From NCBI RefSeq assembly GCF_025273655.1, contig NZ_CP045921.1, forward strand, positions 870,001-902,000: a stretch of DNA of 32,000 nt. Direction: 5' to 3'. The notes under the pieces are model-generated. The model was not told the DNA's origin. It worked only from the letters and a program-made list of their open reading frames with translations, and searched no databases. Positions 22,972 through 30,829 of the stretch are shown here, piece after piece. Made by a program: the position numbers and the translations under genes. The stretch comes from Candidatus Saccharimonadota bacterium (GTDB lineage: Bacteria > Patescibacteriota > Saccharimonadia > Saccharimonadales > Saccharimonadaceae). Positions within the stretch are counted from its first letter, which is position 1. The number at the start of each line of letters is the position of its first letter.

Positions 22972-25412
22972 CGTGCACCTCCTGTAGTACTTTGACCATT
23001 TGTGCCTGCATTACCATTATTACCAGAAGATGAAGAGTTCGTCGTGATGAGATATGTAGCAGACGAGCTAGTAGCTGATTTAAACTTCGTCGGATCGCTC
23101 GAGGTAAATGTCGCGCTCAGTTGGTGTGTGCCGACAGGCAGAGAAGACGAGGTAATCGATGCTTTTCCACCAGACACCGTCGCTGAGCCAAGTGACGCGC
23201 CATCGATCATAAATGTCACAGTACCAGTTGCGTCTGCAGCGGATACACTCGCCGTAAATGTCACGCTCGTACCCACGGGCGCACTTCCGTTTGGGCTACC
23301 AGCCACAGACAGCGACGTCTCGACAGGCTTACTGGTATCTTGCTCTTCTTCTTTTGGCTTCTCTTCTTGGCGCTGTTGAGTCTGTACGTTACAGCCTACT
23401 TCCGGCAGCGCACTCGACAGATAGTATTCCTTGTACGTATTACCGCCAGATGTACTCGCAAGCTTACCGGTACCATAGCAGGTATCTTTTTGTACTACGC
23501 CGCTCGGTGCCTTGAACGGATCACCCGACTCAGTGACGATATCGTTCATGCTGTTACGCCAGATAGGACCCGCCAGCGAGCCGCCGCCACTCGACATCTC
23601 GGTATTGTCGTTGTTGCCGACCCATACACCCACAGTGATAGACGGCGTATAGCCAATCGTCCATGCATCACGATTCTCGTCTGTCGTACCGGTTTTCACG
23701 GCCGCCTTCTTGTTGCCACTTAGGCTCAGTGAACTACCAAACATACCCGAGCGCGCTTGATTATCAGAAAGTACGTTAGAGATTAGGAACGCGCCTTCTT
23801 CGCTAATAACGCGCTTGGACTGTTCTTTGTTTTTATAAATGATCTGATCGTATTTGGTCTTAATCTCTTCTTCGTAGGCTACCTGTTTTTGGTCGCCTCC
23901 GTTGGCAAAGCCAGCATAGGCATGCGTCATGTCGAGCAGTTTCGCTTCGCCAGCGCCAAGCGCAAGTGACAGACCGTAGTTGTTTTTCTTCTGAATCGTG
24001 TCGATACCCATGCGATTTGCCGCCTCAATCGATTTGTCGACGCCATATTGCTGCATCACCTTCACGGCCGGGATATTCAGCGACCAGTTGAGTGCTTTGC
24101 GCACCGTCACGTTGCCATTATAGTTGCGCAGGGCGTTTTTTGGCTGGTAGCCATCGATATTGATAGGTTCGTCTTTGAGTATCGTGGCCGGATTTATCAC
24201 ACCGTCCGCCATCGCTGCCGCATAGTAGATAGGCTTAAAACTACTACCAGGCTGGCGCGCTGATGTCACCATATTTACCTTGCCGTCTTGCTCGTCGTTC
24301 CAATCATAGCTACCGATCAGTGCACGAATCGCACCGGTTTTCGGATCTATAGCGACAGCTGCCGCATTGGAGCCGCCACTACGACGGATAGCTGTCATGT
24401 TTTTGTTGATATTGTCTTGCAGTTCGGCCTGCATATTGAGGTCTAGCGTTGTCTTGACCTGGTAGCCAGAGCGAGCGACTTTTTCCTCGCCGTAGCGTTT
24501 GTTGAGATCAGCCAATACCATTTCAGCAAAATGAGGAGCAGGGCTATTGTCGGTCGAAGACTCCGGCGCAGCAAACGCTAGCTGCTGAGCAAGTGCCTGA
24601 TCCTTCTCGGCTTGCGTGATGAAACCGTTTTTCAGCATGCGGTTCAGCACAGTCTCTTGGCGCTCTTTGGCGTACTTCATCTCTCCATAGATCGGCGAAT
24701 ACGCGTTTGGCGCCGGCAGCACACCGATAATCATGGCGCTCTCTGCCAGCGTCAGATCCTTAGGGGACTTGTTGAAAAATGTCCGTGCCGCATCGCCGAT
24801 ACCGAACGCATTACCGCCGAAAAACGCTGAGTTAAGATACATCTCGAGTATCTCATCTTTGCTATACGTCTGCTCAATCGCTATCGATACCGATAGCTCT
24901 TGGAACTTACGCAAATAGCTCTTCTGATCCGTCAGCAGTGTGTTCTTTGCCAGCTGCTGTGTGAGTGTGCTGCCTCCATAATTTTTGCCTCCTGTCACCA
25001 CGTTGCCATAGACCGCACCCAGCATGCTCACAAACGAGAAGCCGCCGTGATTGTAAAAATCTTTGTCTTCACTAGCGAGTAGCGCTTTCTTGGTCGTATC
25101 ATTCATCTCACTGAGTGGTACCAGGTCACGGTGTTTGGCACGGCCGCTTTCATAGATAGTCGTGCCGTGTACGTCCGTTAGGACGATACCAGTGTTATTA
25201 CGGTTCATCAAGCGCTCTTTGTCAGAGATGTCACGGGCAAAATAAAGATATGTCAGCAGTGGGATCAAGATCAGTACGATCAATATTGGCGTCACAATAA
25301 CAGAGATTTTCTGCCAGCGCTTCAAATTGCGAAACCACAGTATATAGGTGTTGACAGTCAACCATGCAGCGCGTGTCTTGCGCTGTTTTGTGTATTTTCC
25401 TACTCTTCGCAT
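22968..25412 (-). CDS. Class A penicillin-binding protein (PBP1A-type glycosyltransferase/transpeptidase) with a C-terminal Ig-like domain
   Basis: N-terminal TM helix. GT51 motifs (ASEDKDFYNHGGF, GGSTLTQQLAKN, RKFQE). Transpeptidase motifs SSFKP, SLN and KTGTT. C-terminal tail ...VGTSVTFTASVSAADATGTVTFMIDGASLGSATVSGGKASITSSSLPVGTHQLSATF, then a Ser/Asn/Gly-rich end. Confidence 0.95.
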   Translation of the reverse strand: MRRVGKYTKQRKTRAAWLTVNTYILWFRNLKRWQKISVIVTPILIVLILIPLLTYLYFARDISDKERLMNRNNTGIVLTDVHGTTIYESGRAKHRDLVPLSEMNDTTKKALLASEDKDFYNHGGFSFVSMLGAVYGNVVTGGKNYGGSTLTQQLAKNTLLTDQKSYLRKFQELSVSIAIEQTYSKDEILEMYLNSAFFGGNAFGIGDAARTFFNKSPKDLTLAESAMIIGVLPAPNAYSPIYGEMKYAKERQETVLNRMLKNGFITQAEKDQALAQQLAFAAPESSTDNSPAPHFAEMVLADLNKRYGEEKVARSGYQVKTTLDLNMQAELQDNINKNMTAIRRSGGSNAAAVAIDPKTGAIRALIGSYDWNDEQDGKVNMVTSARQPGSSFKPIYYAAAMADGVINPATILKDEPINIDGYQPKNALRNYNGNVTVRKALNWSLNIPAVKVMQQYGVDKSIEAANRMGIDTIQKKNNYGLSLALGAGEAKLLDMTHAYAGFANGGDQKQVAYEEEIKTKYDQIIYKNKEQSKRVISEEGAFLISNVLSDNQARSGMFGSSLSLSGNKKAAVKTGTTDENRDAWTIGYTPSITVGVWVGNNDNTEMSSGGGSLAGPIWRNSMNDIVTESGDPFKAPSGVVQKDTCYGTGKLASTSGGNTYKEYYLSSALPEVGCNVQTQQRQEEKPKEEEQDTSKPVETSLSVAGSPNGSAPVGTSVTFTASVSAADATGTVTFMIDGASLGSATVSGGKASITSSSLPVGTHQLSATFTSSDPTKFKSATSSSATYLITTNSSSSGNNGNAGTNGQSTTGGAR

Positions 25413-25419
25413 TTCCCCT

Positions 25420-25428
25420 ATTATACCA
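25420..25428 (-). promoter_or_regulatory. Candidate extended -10 (TGGTATAAT) ending 7 nt before the PBP1A ATG
   Basis: Minus strand reads gagTGGTATAATaggggaaATG. It lies in the 19-nt gap after the kinase-like gene. Confidence 0.4.
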
Positions 25429-25431
25429 CTC

Positions 25432-26187
25432 TTAGCTTAAAGAGTCGTATGCAGCGGCGAGCGCTATGAAGAAATTCGCTGGCGATTTGTAGCGATGGCT
25501 TGGCTCCCGTGAGAGGGCAGCGGTGAATACCCTACGTACAGGCTTAGGTAAATCCTGATTTACGGAAGCAGCGTGGAATTTGCGCCACATATGCGTGTCG
25601 TGTTTGCGCGGTTTTCGTACAAATGGCAACTCACCGCACAGCACCAAATGCGCCACTATAGCCGTACGATAGGTTGCCGTACGCAAATCAAGCACGACTG
25701 GTCGCCGAAACTCCTCGAGTGCCATCGTCTCCCAGGTTCCGCGATTGCTCGCGGCGCCATCAAGCATCCACCCTGCGTCGCTGCGTACCAGCGAGGCTTC
25801 TAGATCAATCATCCGCGCACCCGCATCAGTAAAAAATACATGCTCCAGATTGAGATCCCGATACATCACACCGTGAGCCAGTAGCTTCGTTTCAAGTACC
25901 ATGTATAGCTCGAGTCGCAACTTTGCTTGAGCCCACGCAATCTTCGTTGCGTGCCATTCGTCGGTAAGCTGTATCCACGACTTGAGATCCGTACCGTCAA
26001 ACCGCTCTATGACAAGACTAGCCAAGCCATCACCCTCTTGATGACTCAATATGTTCGCCACACAACCAGTGTCCGCCAAACAGGAGAGTATCTGAAGTTC
26101 ACGCGTGATTCTCGTCACACCGTCTTGAGTTGATGCCGTCTTGACCACTCGCGTCGGCTCGACACGAGTGGCGACAGTGTTATTCAC
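25432..26187 (-). CDS. Minimal eukaryotic-like Ser/Thr protein kinase fold protein with degenerate catalytic motifs (possible pseudokinase)
   Basis: 251 aa, GTG start with SD GAGGGGG 7 nt upstream. Candidate subdomains: VVK (K16), RELQIL (E30), LVIERFDGTDL hinge, HGVMYRDLNLEHVFF (Y-R-D-L-N-L-E-H instead of H-R-D-L-K-P-x-N), IDLE instead of DFG, GTWETMALEE instead of APE, DLRTATYRTAIVAHLVLCGELPF, and HRY. No Gly-rich loop, TM segment or PASTA domains. Confidence 0.55.
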   Translation of the reverse strand: MNNTVATRVEPTRVVKTASTQDGVTRITRELQILSCLADTGCVANILSHQEGDGLASLVIERFDGTDLKSWIQLTDEWHATKIAWAQAKLRLELYMVLETKLLAHGVMYRDLNLEHVFFTDAGARMIDLEASLVRSDAGWMLDGAASNRGTWETMALEEFRRPVVLDLRTATYRTAIVAHLVLCGELPFVRKPRKHDTHMWRKFHAASVNQDLPKPVRRVFTAALSREPSHRYKSPANFFIALAAAYDSLS

Positions 26188-26203
26188 TTCACTACCCCCT
26201 CGT

Positions 26204-26683
26204 TCATAACGCTCTCGTCATCATCGAGTGAGTAATTGCTGCCGCAAGTGCATCTGCGGCATCGTCGGGCCTAGGAATATCTTTCAGACCAAGATGGATA
26301 CGTACCATTTCCTGCATCTGTTTTTTGTCTGCCTTGCCGTAGCCAGTCAACGTCTGCTTGATCTGCTGTGGTGTATATTCGGCAATCGGCAATTTCGCGC
26401 GCCTGCCGGTGAGCATAGCCACGCCGCGCGCTTGTGCGACACTGATAGCCGTGGTAACGTTCTGTGAGAAAAAGAGTTTTTCGATCGACATAATCTCCGG
26501 TTTTGTCTCAGCAATAATATCCGTCAGGCCGTCGAAGATCTCTTCAAGCCGTTCATCGAGCGGTGTGTGTGCGGGTGTCGTGATGACACCGCCCGTCACC
26601 ATACGGACTTTGTTATCTTTCGTCACATCGATCACACCGAAGCCGAGGATACCCGTGCCCGGGTCAATACCAATAATTCTCAT
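26204..26683 (-). CDS. ruvC: Crossover junction endodeoxyribonuclease RuvC
   Basis: MRIIGIDPGTGILGFGVID (catalytic Asp), MSIEKLFF (Glu), and the C-terminal DAADALAAAITH acidic/His motif. 159 aa. Confidence 0.93.
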   Translation of the reverse strand: MRIIGIDPGTGILGFGVIDVTKDNKVRMVTGGVITTPAHTPLDERLEEIFDGLTDIIAETKPEIMSIEKLFFSQNVTTAISVAQARGVAMLTGRRAKLPIAEYTPQQIKQTLTGYGKADKKQMQEMVRIHLGLKDIPRPDDAADALAAAITHSMMTRAL

Positions 26684-26699
26684 ATCCCCAGTATACCCA

Positions 26700-28562
26700 C
26701 TATTTCACAAACGGCAGCATACCGAGTAGACCGGATAGTCCGCTCCATATCTCGCGCCGCCACTCCCAGCCTGCATAGCCAAACGATACCACGCCCACAC
26801 CAGCGAGGGCGAGCCATGACAGTACTTGGTCGGAGGTTGCAGGAGTCTCAACAACCGAGAAACCAGCATCTCCGTCGCCTTGCGTCACTTTGCGGCAACG
26901 ATTCGTATCGAGATTGCGCTCCTGGCCCACAGCGCAGGGCTTCAGGTCTGTGGAGGCAGTCGCGAGCGAGCGACAACGATTGGTTTCCGGGCTGCGGTAT
27001 TGCCCCTCTTTGCAGGGTGTCAGGCTCGACGCTGTAGCACTGGTTAGCTTACGGCAACGACCGGTGTCGGGACTACGATATTCGTCGATGTCGCATGGTG
27101 TCAGTGTACTCGGCACTGCAATTTTGTTACATCTGCCGGTATCGAGATTTCGCTCATAGCCGGCTTGACATGGCACATATGGCTCATACACATTGACCGC
27201 GCCGGGTGTCGTTACAAATGTCTGCTGCCAGACACCATCAACCAATGCATAGCTGGTATTCTCGCTCAGATTCTCGTAACTGCGCGCATCCACCTCCGTC
27301 TGCCCGTCGCTTGAAAGTACGTACACGGTGCCAGTCGTAGTCTTCGTCAGGCTGAGTTTGGTATCGGCTACATTCACCGACACAAATGCACCCGGTGCTA
27401 CTATCTGCTCACCAAATACATGGCTGATTTCGGTAGAGCGATTGGTCTGCAATTGACAGCCGCGCAGATTCACGGATTCGCTAGACGCATTGTATAATTC
27501 GATGAACTGCACGCTCAGATTCGCGCCAATCTCACTCAGACGCAAACTACTACAACTGTTAACCGGCTGCCCGTCGGTAAATTGATTTGGCATATCATAC
27601 GGCGAGGGATACTGCGTCCAGCGCCATAGCCCGTTCGTATCCTGTGACCACGCTTGGCCTTTTTTGGCCGACGCATCACCGTACGCGACCATAGAATCTT
27701 GGTACTGCACCACTCCGTAGGCATCTTCGAGCCATACCCAATTACCACTATTGGTGAGTGAGAGGGGAAATACACCGTACGCACTCGGCGCGAGCGTGCC
27801 ACCCAATAACACAGTGTTACTACTTGTAGCATTTTGCTCTACCGAACCAGTTCTCAGGCGCAGACCCGCTAGATCTAGCGTGCTAGCACTGGTGTTATAG
27901 ACCTTCACGTAATCGTTACAGGTCAACATAGTGTCGAACGGCTGACACGCAGCAGGATTTGGTAGTACTTCAACAATGCGCAGCGGTGTCGCAGACAGTG
28001 GTATATAGAGCGGTGTTTGCCAGAGTTCTGTGCGAGTCTCGACAGCATAAGCAGTCGTGTAGCCGCTCGCGCCCTGGTTGAGTCGCATCGGAACCTGGGT
28101 GGTGGTAGCCGTAAACGTTCGCTCATACGAACGATACTGTGCATGATCAAGATGCATCTTGCTTAGGAAATTGTCAGTGTTTATCGTCGGACTCGACACC
28201 TGCACATGCGCACCTGGCACCGTCGCACCAAATCCTACCAGCACATAGCCACCTGGCGCGATATAGTGGGAATCATCCGCAGATAGCCCTACTACTAGGC
28301 GCGGTGTCGCGAGAGCTGTCGTCGTTTTGGCGCTCCAGTCGAACACGAGCGACCACTCCCTCAGCTTCAGGGGTATATCGCCGTCATTGTAGATTTCGAC
28401 ATACTGAGGTAGGCCGACCTGCGTCACGGAATACGCGGTAATCGCAAGAGGCGACTGTGGCAGTAAGGGGCTCGGCGAGACAGTCGATATCGCGGACGTG
28501 GGGCTCACGACCAGAAATGCAGCACAGGCAATCAGCGTAGTAAGATATCGGAAAAAGCGCAT
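26700..28562 (-). CDS. Membrane-anchored surface protein with three lamin-tail-domain (LTD)-like modules and four C-x12-C repeats
   Basis: Signal peptide MRFFRYLTTLIACAAFLVVSPTSA. LTD-like cores: QYVEIYNDGDIPLKLREWSL, LRIVEVLPNP...DYVKVYNTSASTLDLAGLRL and LRLSEIGAN...QFIELYNASSESVNLRGCQL. These are followed by four Cys repeats, a C-terminal TM helix (VLSWLALAGVGVVSFGYAGW) and a short tail. Confidence 0.75.
   Translation of the reverse strand: MRFFRYLTTLIACAAFLVVSPTSAISTVSPSPLLPQSPLAITAYSVTQVGLPQYVEIYNDGDIPLKLREWSLVFDWSAKTTTALATPRLVVGLSADDSHYIAPGGYVLVGFGATVPGAHVQVSSPTINTDNFLSKMHLDHAQYRSYERTFTATTTQVPMRLNQGASGYTTAYAVETRTELWQTPLYIPLSATPLRIVEVLPNPAACQPFDTMLTCNDYVKVYNTSASTLDLAGLRLRTGSVEQNATSSNTVLLGGTLAPSAYGVFPLSLTNSGNWVWLEDAYGVVQYQDSMVAYGDASAKKGQAWSQDTNGLWRWTQYPSPYDMPNQFTDGQPVNSCSSLRLSEIGANLSVQFIELYNASSESVNLRGCQLQTNRSTEISHVFGEQIVAPGAFVSVNVADTKLSLTKTTTGTVYVLSSDGQTEVDARSYENLSENTSYALVDGVWQQTFVTTPGAVNVYEPYVPCQAGYERNLDTGRCNKIAVPSTLTPCDIDEYRSPDTGRCRKLTSATASSLTPCKEGQYRSPETNRCRSLATASTDLKPCAVGQERNLDTNRCRKVTQGDGDAGFSVVETPATSDQVLSWLALAGVGVVSFGYAGWEWRREIWSGLSGLLGMLPFVK
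26892..27173 (-). repeat. Four tandem coding repeats (~26 aa each) of a C-x12-C motif
   Basis: PCQAGYERNLDTGRCNK / PCDIDEYRSPDTGRCRK / PCKEGQYRSPETNRCRS / PCAVGQERNLDTNRCRK, at aa 464-557 of the LTD protein. Confidence 0.8.
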
Positions 28563-28570
28563 ATGCTTAA

Positions 28571-28599
28571 AATATACGCTACAAATTCTGAGTTGTAAA
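28571..28599 (-). promoter_or_regulatory. Near-consensus promoter TTTACA-17-TATATT ending 8 nt before the LTD gene ATG
   Basis: Minus strand reads TTTACAactcagaatttgtagcgTATATTttaagcatATG. It starts 5 nt after the yebC stop. No SD. Confidence 0.5.
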
Positions 28600-28603
28600 T
28601 GAA

Positions 28604-29317
28604 TTATTCGACAATATTTGCGTTGGTATGTACGTTCACCACATCTGCTACGTCATCGAGTGCATCCATCACCTTCATGACTTTTGCAGCAGTTTCTTCG
28701 TCGGTGATGTCGATCTCGCTATTTGGTACATACTGCAGCTCGGCATCCGTCACGCTTAGCCCCGCGTCAATAATTGCTTGGCGTACTTTTGCCAAATCTT
28801 TCTGGTCGGTATATACCACCAACTCACCATCGGCTTCGAGCGCGTCTTCAGCACCCGCATCAAGCACCGTCAGCAGTGCGTCTTCGCCGCTTGCCGCGAC
28901 ACGAATCACTCCTTTGCGTGTAAACTGAAACATCACACTACCAGCGTCAGCAATACGTCCGCCATTTTTCACCAGTGCGTTTTTCACTTCTGGCAGGGTG
29001 CGGTTACGATTGTCAGTCGCTGTTTCGATGATAAGACCTACGCCGCCAGGTCCGTAACCTTCGTACGTAATCTCTTCAAGTGCAGCCGCGTTTTTGTCAT
29101 TCACTCGGTCGATCGCACGCTGGATGTTGGCGTTTGGCATGTTGGCAGCCTTGGCTTTTTCGACTGCCAGGGCAAGTGCCGAGTTCATATTCACATCAGT
29201 TCCAGCACGTGCTGCAATCGCAATCTGGTTGCCGAGCTTGGTAAAAATCGCCCCACGCTTAGCATCGTTGGCACCTTTTTGGCGTTTGATAGTTTCCCAT
29301 TTACTGTGTCCTGACAT
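28604..29317 (-). CDS. yebC: YebC/PmpR family DNA-binding transcriptional regulator
   Basis: MSGHSKWETIKRQKGANDAKRGAIFTKLGNQIAIAARAG is the hallmark YebC N-terminus. 237 aa. Confidence 0.93.
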   Translation of the reverse strand: MSGHSKWETIKRQKGANDAKRGAIFTKLGNQIAIAARAGTDVNMNSALALAVEKAKAANMPNANIQRAIDRVNDKNAAALEEITYEGYGPGGVGLIIETATDNRNRTLPEVKNALVKNGGRIADAGSVMFQFTRKGVIRVAASGEDALLTVLDAGAEDALEADGELVVYTDQKDLAKVRQAIIDAGLSVTDAELQYVPNSEIDITDEETAAKVMKVMDALDDVADVVNVHTNANIVE

Positions 29318-29357
29318 AGTGGATTCTCCGTCTTGGTTTGATGAGGTAATTACACAT

Positions 29358-29366
29358 ATTATAACA
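29358..29366 (-). promoter_or_regulatory. Candidate extended -10 (TGTTATAAT) for yebC
   Basis: Minus strand reads cTGTTATAATatgtgtaattacctcatcaaaccaagacGGAGaatccactATG. It lies in the comEC-yebC gap next to the comEC stop. Confidence 0.4.
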
Positions 29367-29368
29367 GA

Positions 29369-30829
29369 TTACTCGACCAGGTTCACCTGTCGGAAGCTGA
29401 GCCGGGTACGGCGCTTGAGCCAGACGATCAGTAGGATGATGAATCCGTAGAGCACTAATGCCGTCGGCACATCTACCGACACTTCGCTACTCGCCCAGGG
29501 CAACTCGGCGAGTAGCCCGATAATCCACGTCATATAGCTCAGCAGCCAGTACGCCGGCAACGCCATAAGTCCTGCCAGCCATGGTAGCCACATCGCGGCG
29601 AGACCTGCCACAAATGTCAGTAGCATGGCGAGTGGCACCAGTGGTAAGACAAGCAAATTTGCCACCAGCGCGACGTTGGATATCACACCAAACGTCACCA
29701 ATATCAGCGGCAGCGTGAGCACCTGGGCAGAAAAAGTCTCGCCGAGCACCTGCCGCACCAGACCAGGCTTCTTGTCGCCGTAGAAATACACCTGCAGCAA
29801 CGGCGCTAGGAACATCACGCCCGCAAATGACGCGAAGCTAAGCATCCAGCCCACGTCACCCCACAGATAGCTCGGCTGCACTAGTACAGATATAGCCGCC
29901 GTCACCACCAGTAGTACCGCCGGATGAATCGTGCGGCCATAATACCAAGCTATCAAGCTCAGTCCGGCCACCAGCCCTGCGCGCGACATACTCGGACTCA
30001 AACCCGTAATACCGACAAATGCCACAATGAGTGTGCCGCTCGCCAGCACCGCCATATAGCGCGACACTCGTTCAAAGAGGCGCCGACTCACACGTACCAA
30101 TATTGTAAGATTGTAGCCGCTTGCGACCACCACGTGCGTCAGACCGACAGTCAGCAGCGCCGCTTCAAAATCAGCAGGCAGCGCTCGCTTCTGCCCCAAT
30201 ATATAGCCGATCCCGAGCGACGCTTGCGGATCGGGCAACGCAGTGCGAATCATGTCAGCAAAGTAGTTGCGTACTTCGAGCATCGGGTCAAACCGTACGT
30301 GTTTTTGCAGTTCCACCAGCCCAACGCGAAACATCGTGGCCGCAAACGTACCGAAGCCTTCGTCGAGCGTACCGCGTACCGTCACCCGGTCACTGCGCTC
30401 AATAGCCTTCGCTCCGCTGCCACTCACGCTCACCCAGTACACGCCGCCGTAGCGTACACCATTGATCTGCACACTATCGAGCCGCAAGCGCACCTCACTG
30501 CCGCTACCGCTTGCTGGATCTTCACGCACAGTTCCGCTCATCGTGACCGTGCGGCCGGTATAGTGCGACAAATCTACCCACGACGCCAGCTCATATGCGC
30601 CGCGACCATAGCCTATTGTCGCGCCAACCATGCATAACACAATCAGTGTCCAGCGCCGCGCCTTCCAGAAGCACAGAGCGAGCCAAAACAGCCAGACCAC
30701 CCACCACGATGCAGCCGTGAACCACTGGCTCGGGAAGTAATATGACAATAGCACCCCGGCCAGCACACCGCACGACAGGCCAGATATCAGAAAGACAGAG
30801 TGGATACGACGAGAGAGCCAGGAAAACAT
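29369..30829 (-). CDS. comEC: ComEC/Rec2 family competence channel protein: DUF4131/OB plus Competence domain, without the metallo-beta-lactamase domain
   Basis: 486 aa. N-terminal TM helices and an OB-like insert (GRTVTMSGTVREDP...VTVRGTLDEGFG), followed by a polytopic competence domain (GLTHVVVASGYNLTILV...). The protein ends right after the last TM helix. Confidence 0.88.
   Translation of the reverse strand: MFSWLSRRIHSVFLISGLSCGVLAGVLLSYYFPSQWFTAASWWVVWLFWLALCFWKARRWTLIVLCMVGATIGYGRGAYELASWVDLSHYTGRTVTMSGTVREDPASGSGSEVRLRLDSVQINGVRYGGVYWVSVSGSGAKAIERSDRVTVRGTLDEGFGTFAATMFRVGLVELQKHVRFDPMLEVRNYFADMIRTALPDPQASLGIGYILGQKRALPADFEAALLTVGLTHVVVASGYNLTILVRVSRRLFERVSRYMAVLASGTLIVAFVGITGLSPSMSRAGLVAGLSLIAWYYGRTIHPAVLLVVTAAISVLVQPSYLWGDVGWMLSFASFAGVMFLAPLLQVYFYGDKKPGLVRQVLGETFSAQVLTLPLILVTFGVISNVALVANLLVLPLVPLAMLLTFVAGLAAMWLPWLAGLMALPAYWLLSYMTWIIGLLAELPWASSEVSVDVPTALVLYGFIILLIVWLKRRTRLSFRQVNLVE

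Noticed and set aside
26892-27173. Tandem DNA repeats as a possible CRISPR or satellite array
   Set aside because: The repeats are diverged at the DNA level and are in frame. They encode the four C-x12-C protein repeats of the LTD protein, with no spacer/repeat regularity.
29924-30637. 237-aa plus-strand ORF antisense to comEC (plus nested ORFs at 30121..30405 and 30267..30452)
   Set aside because: This is a shadow ORF of a GC-skewed membrane-protein gene. Its Arg/His/Ala-rich translation has no motifs.
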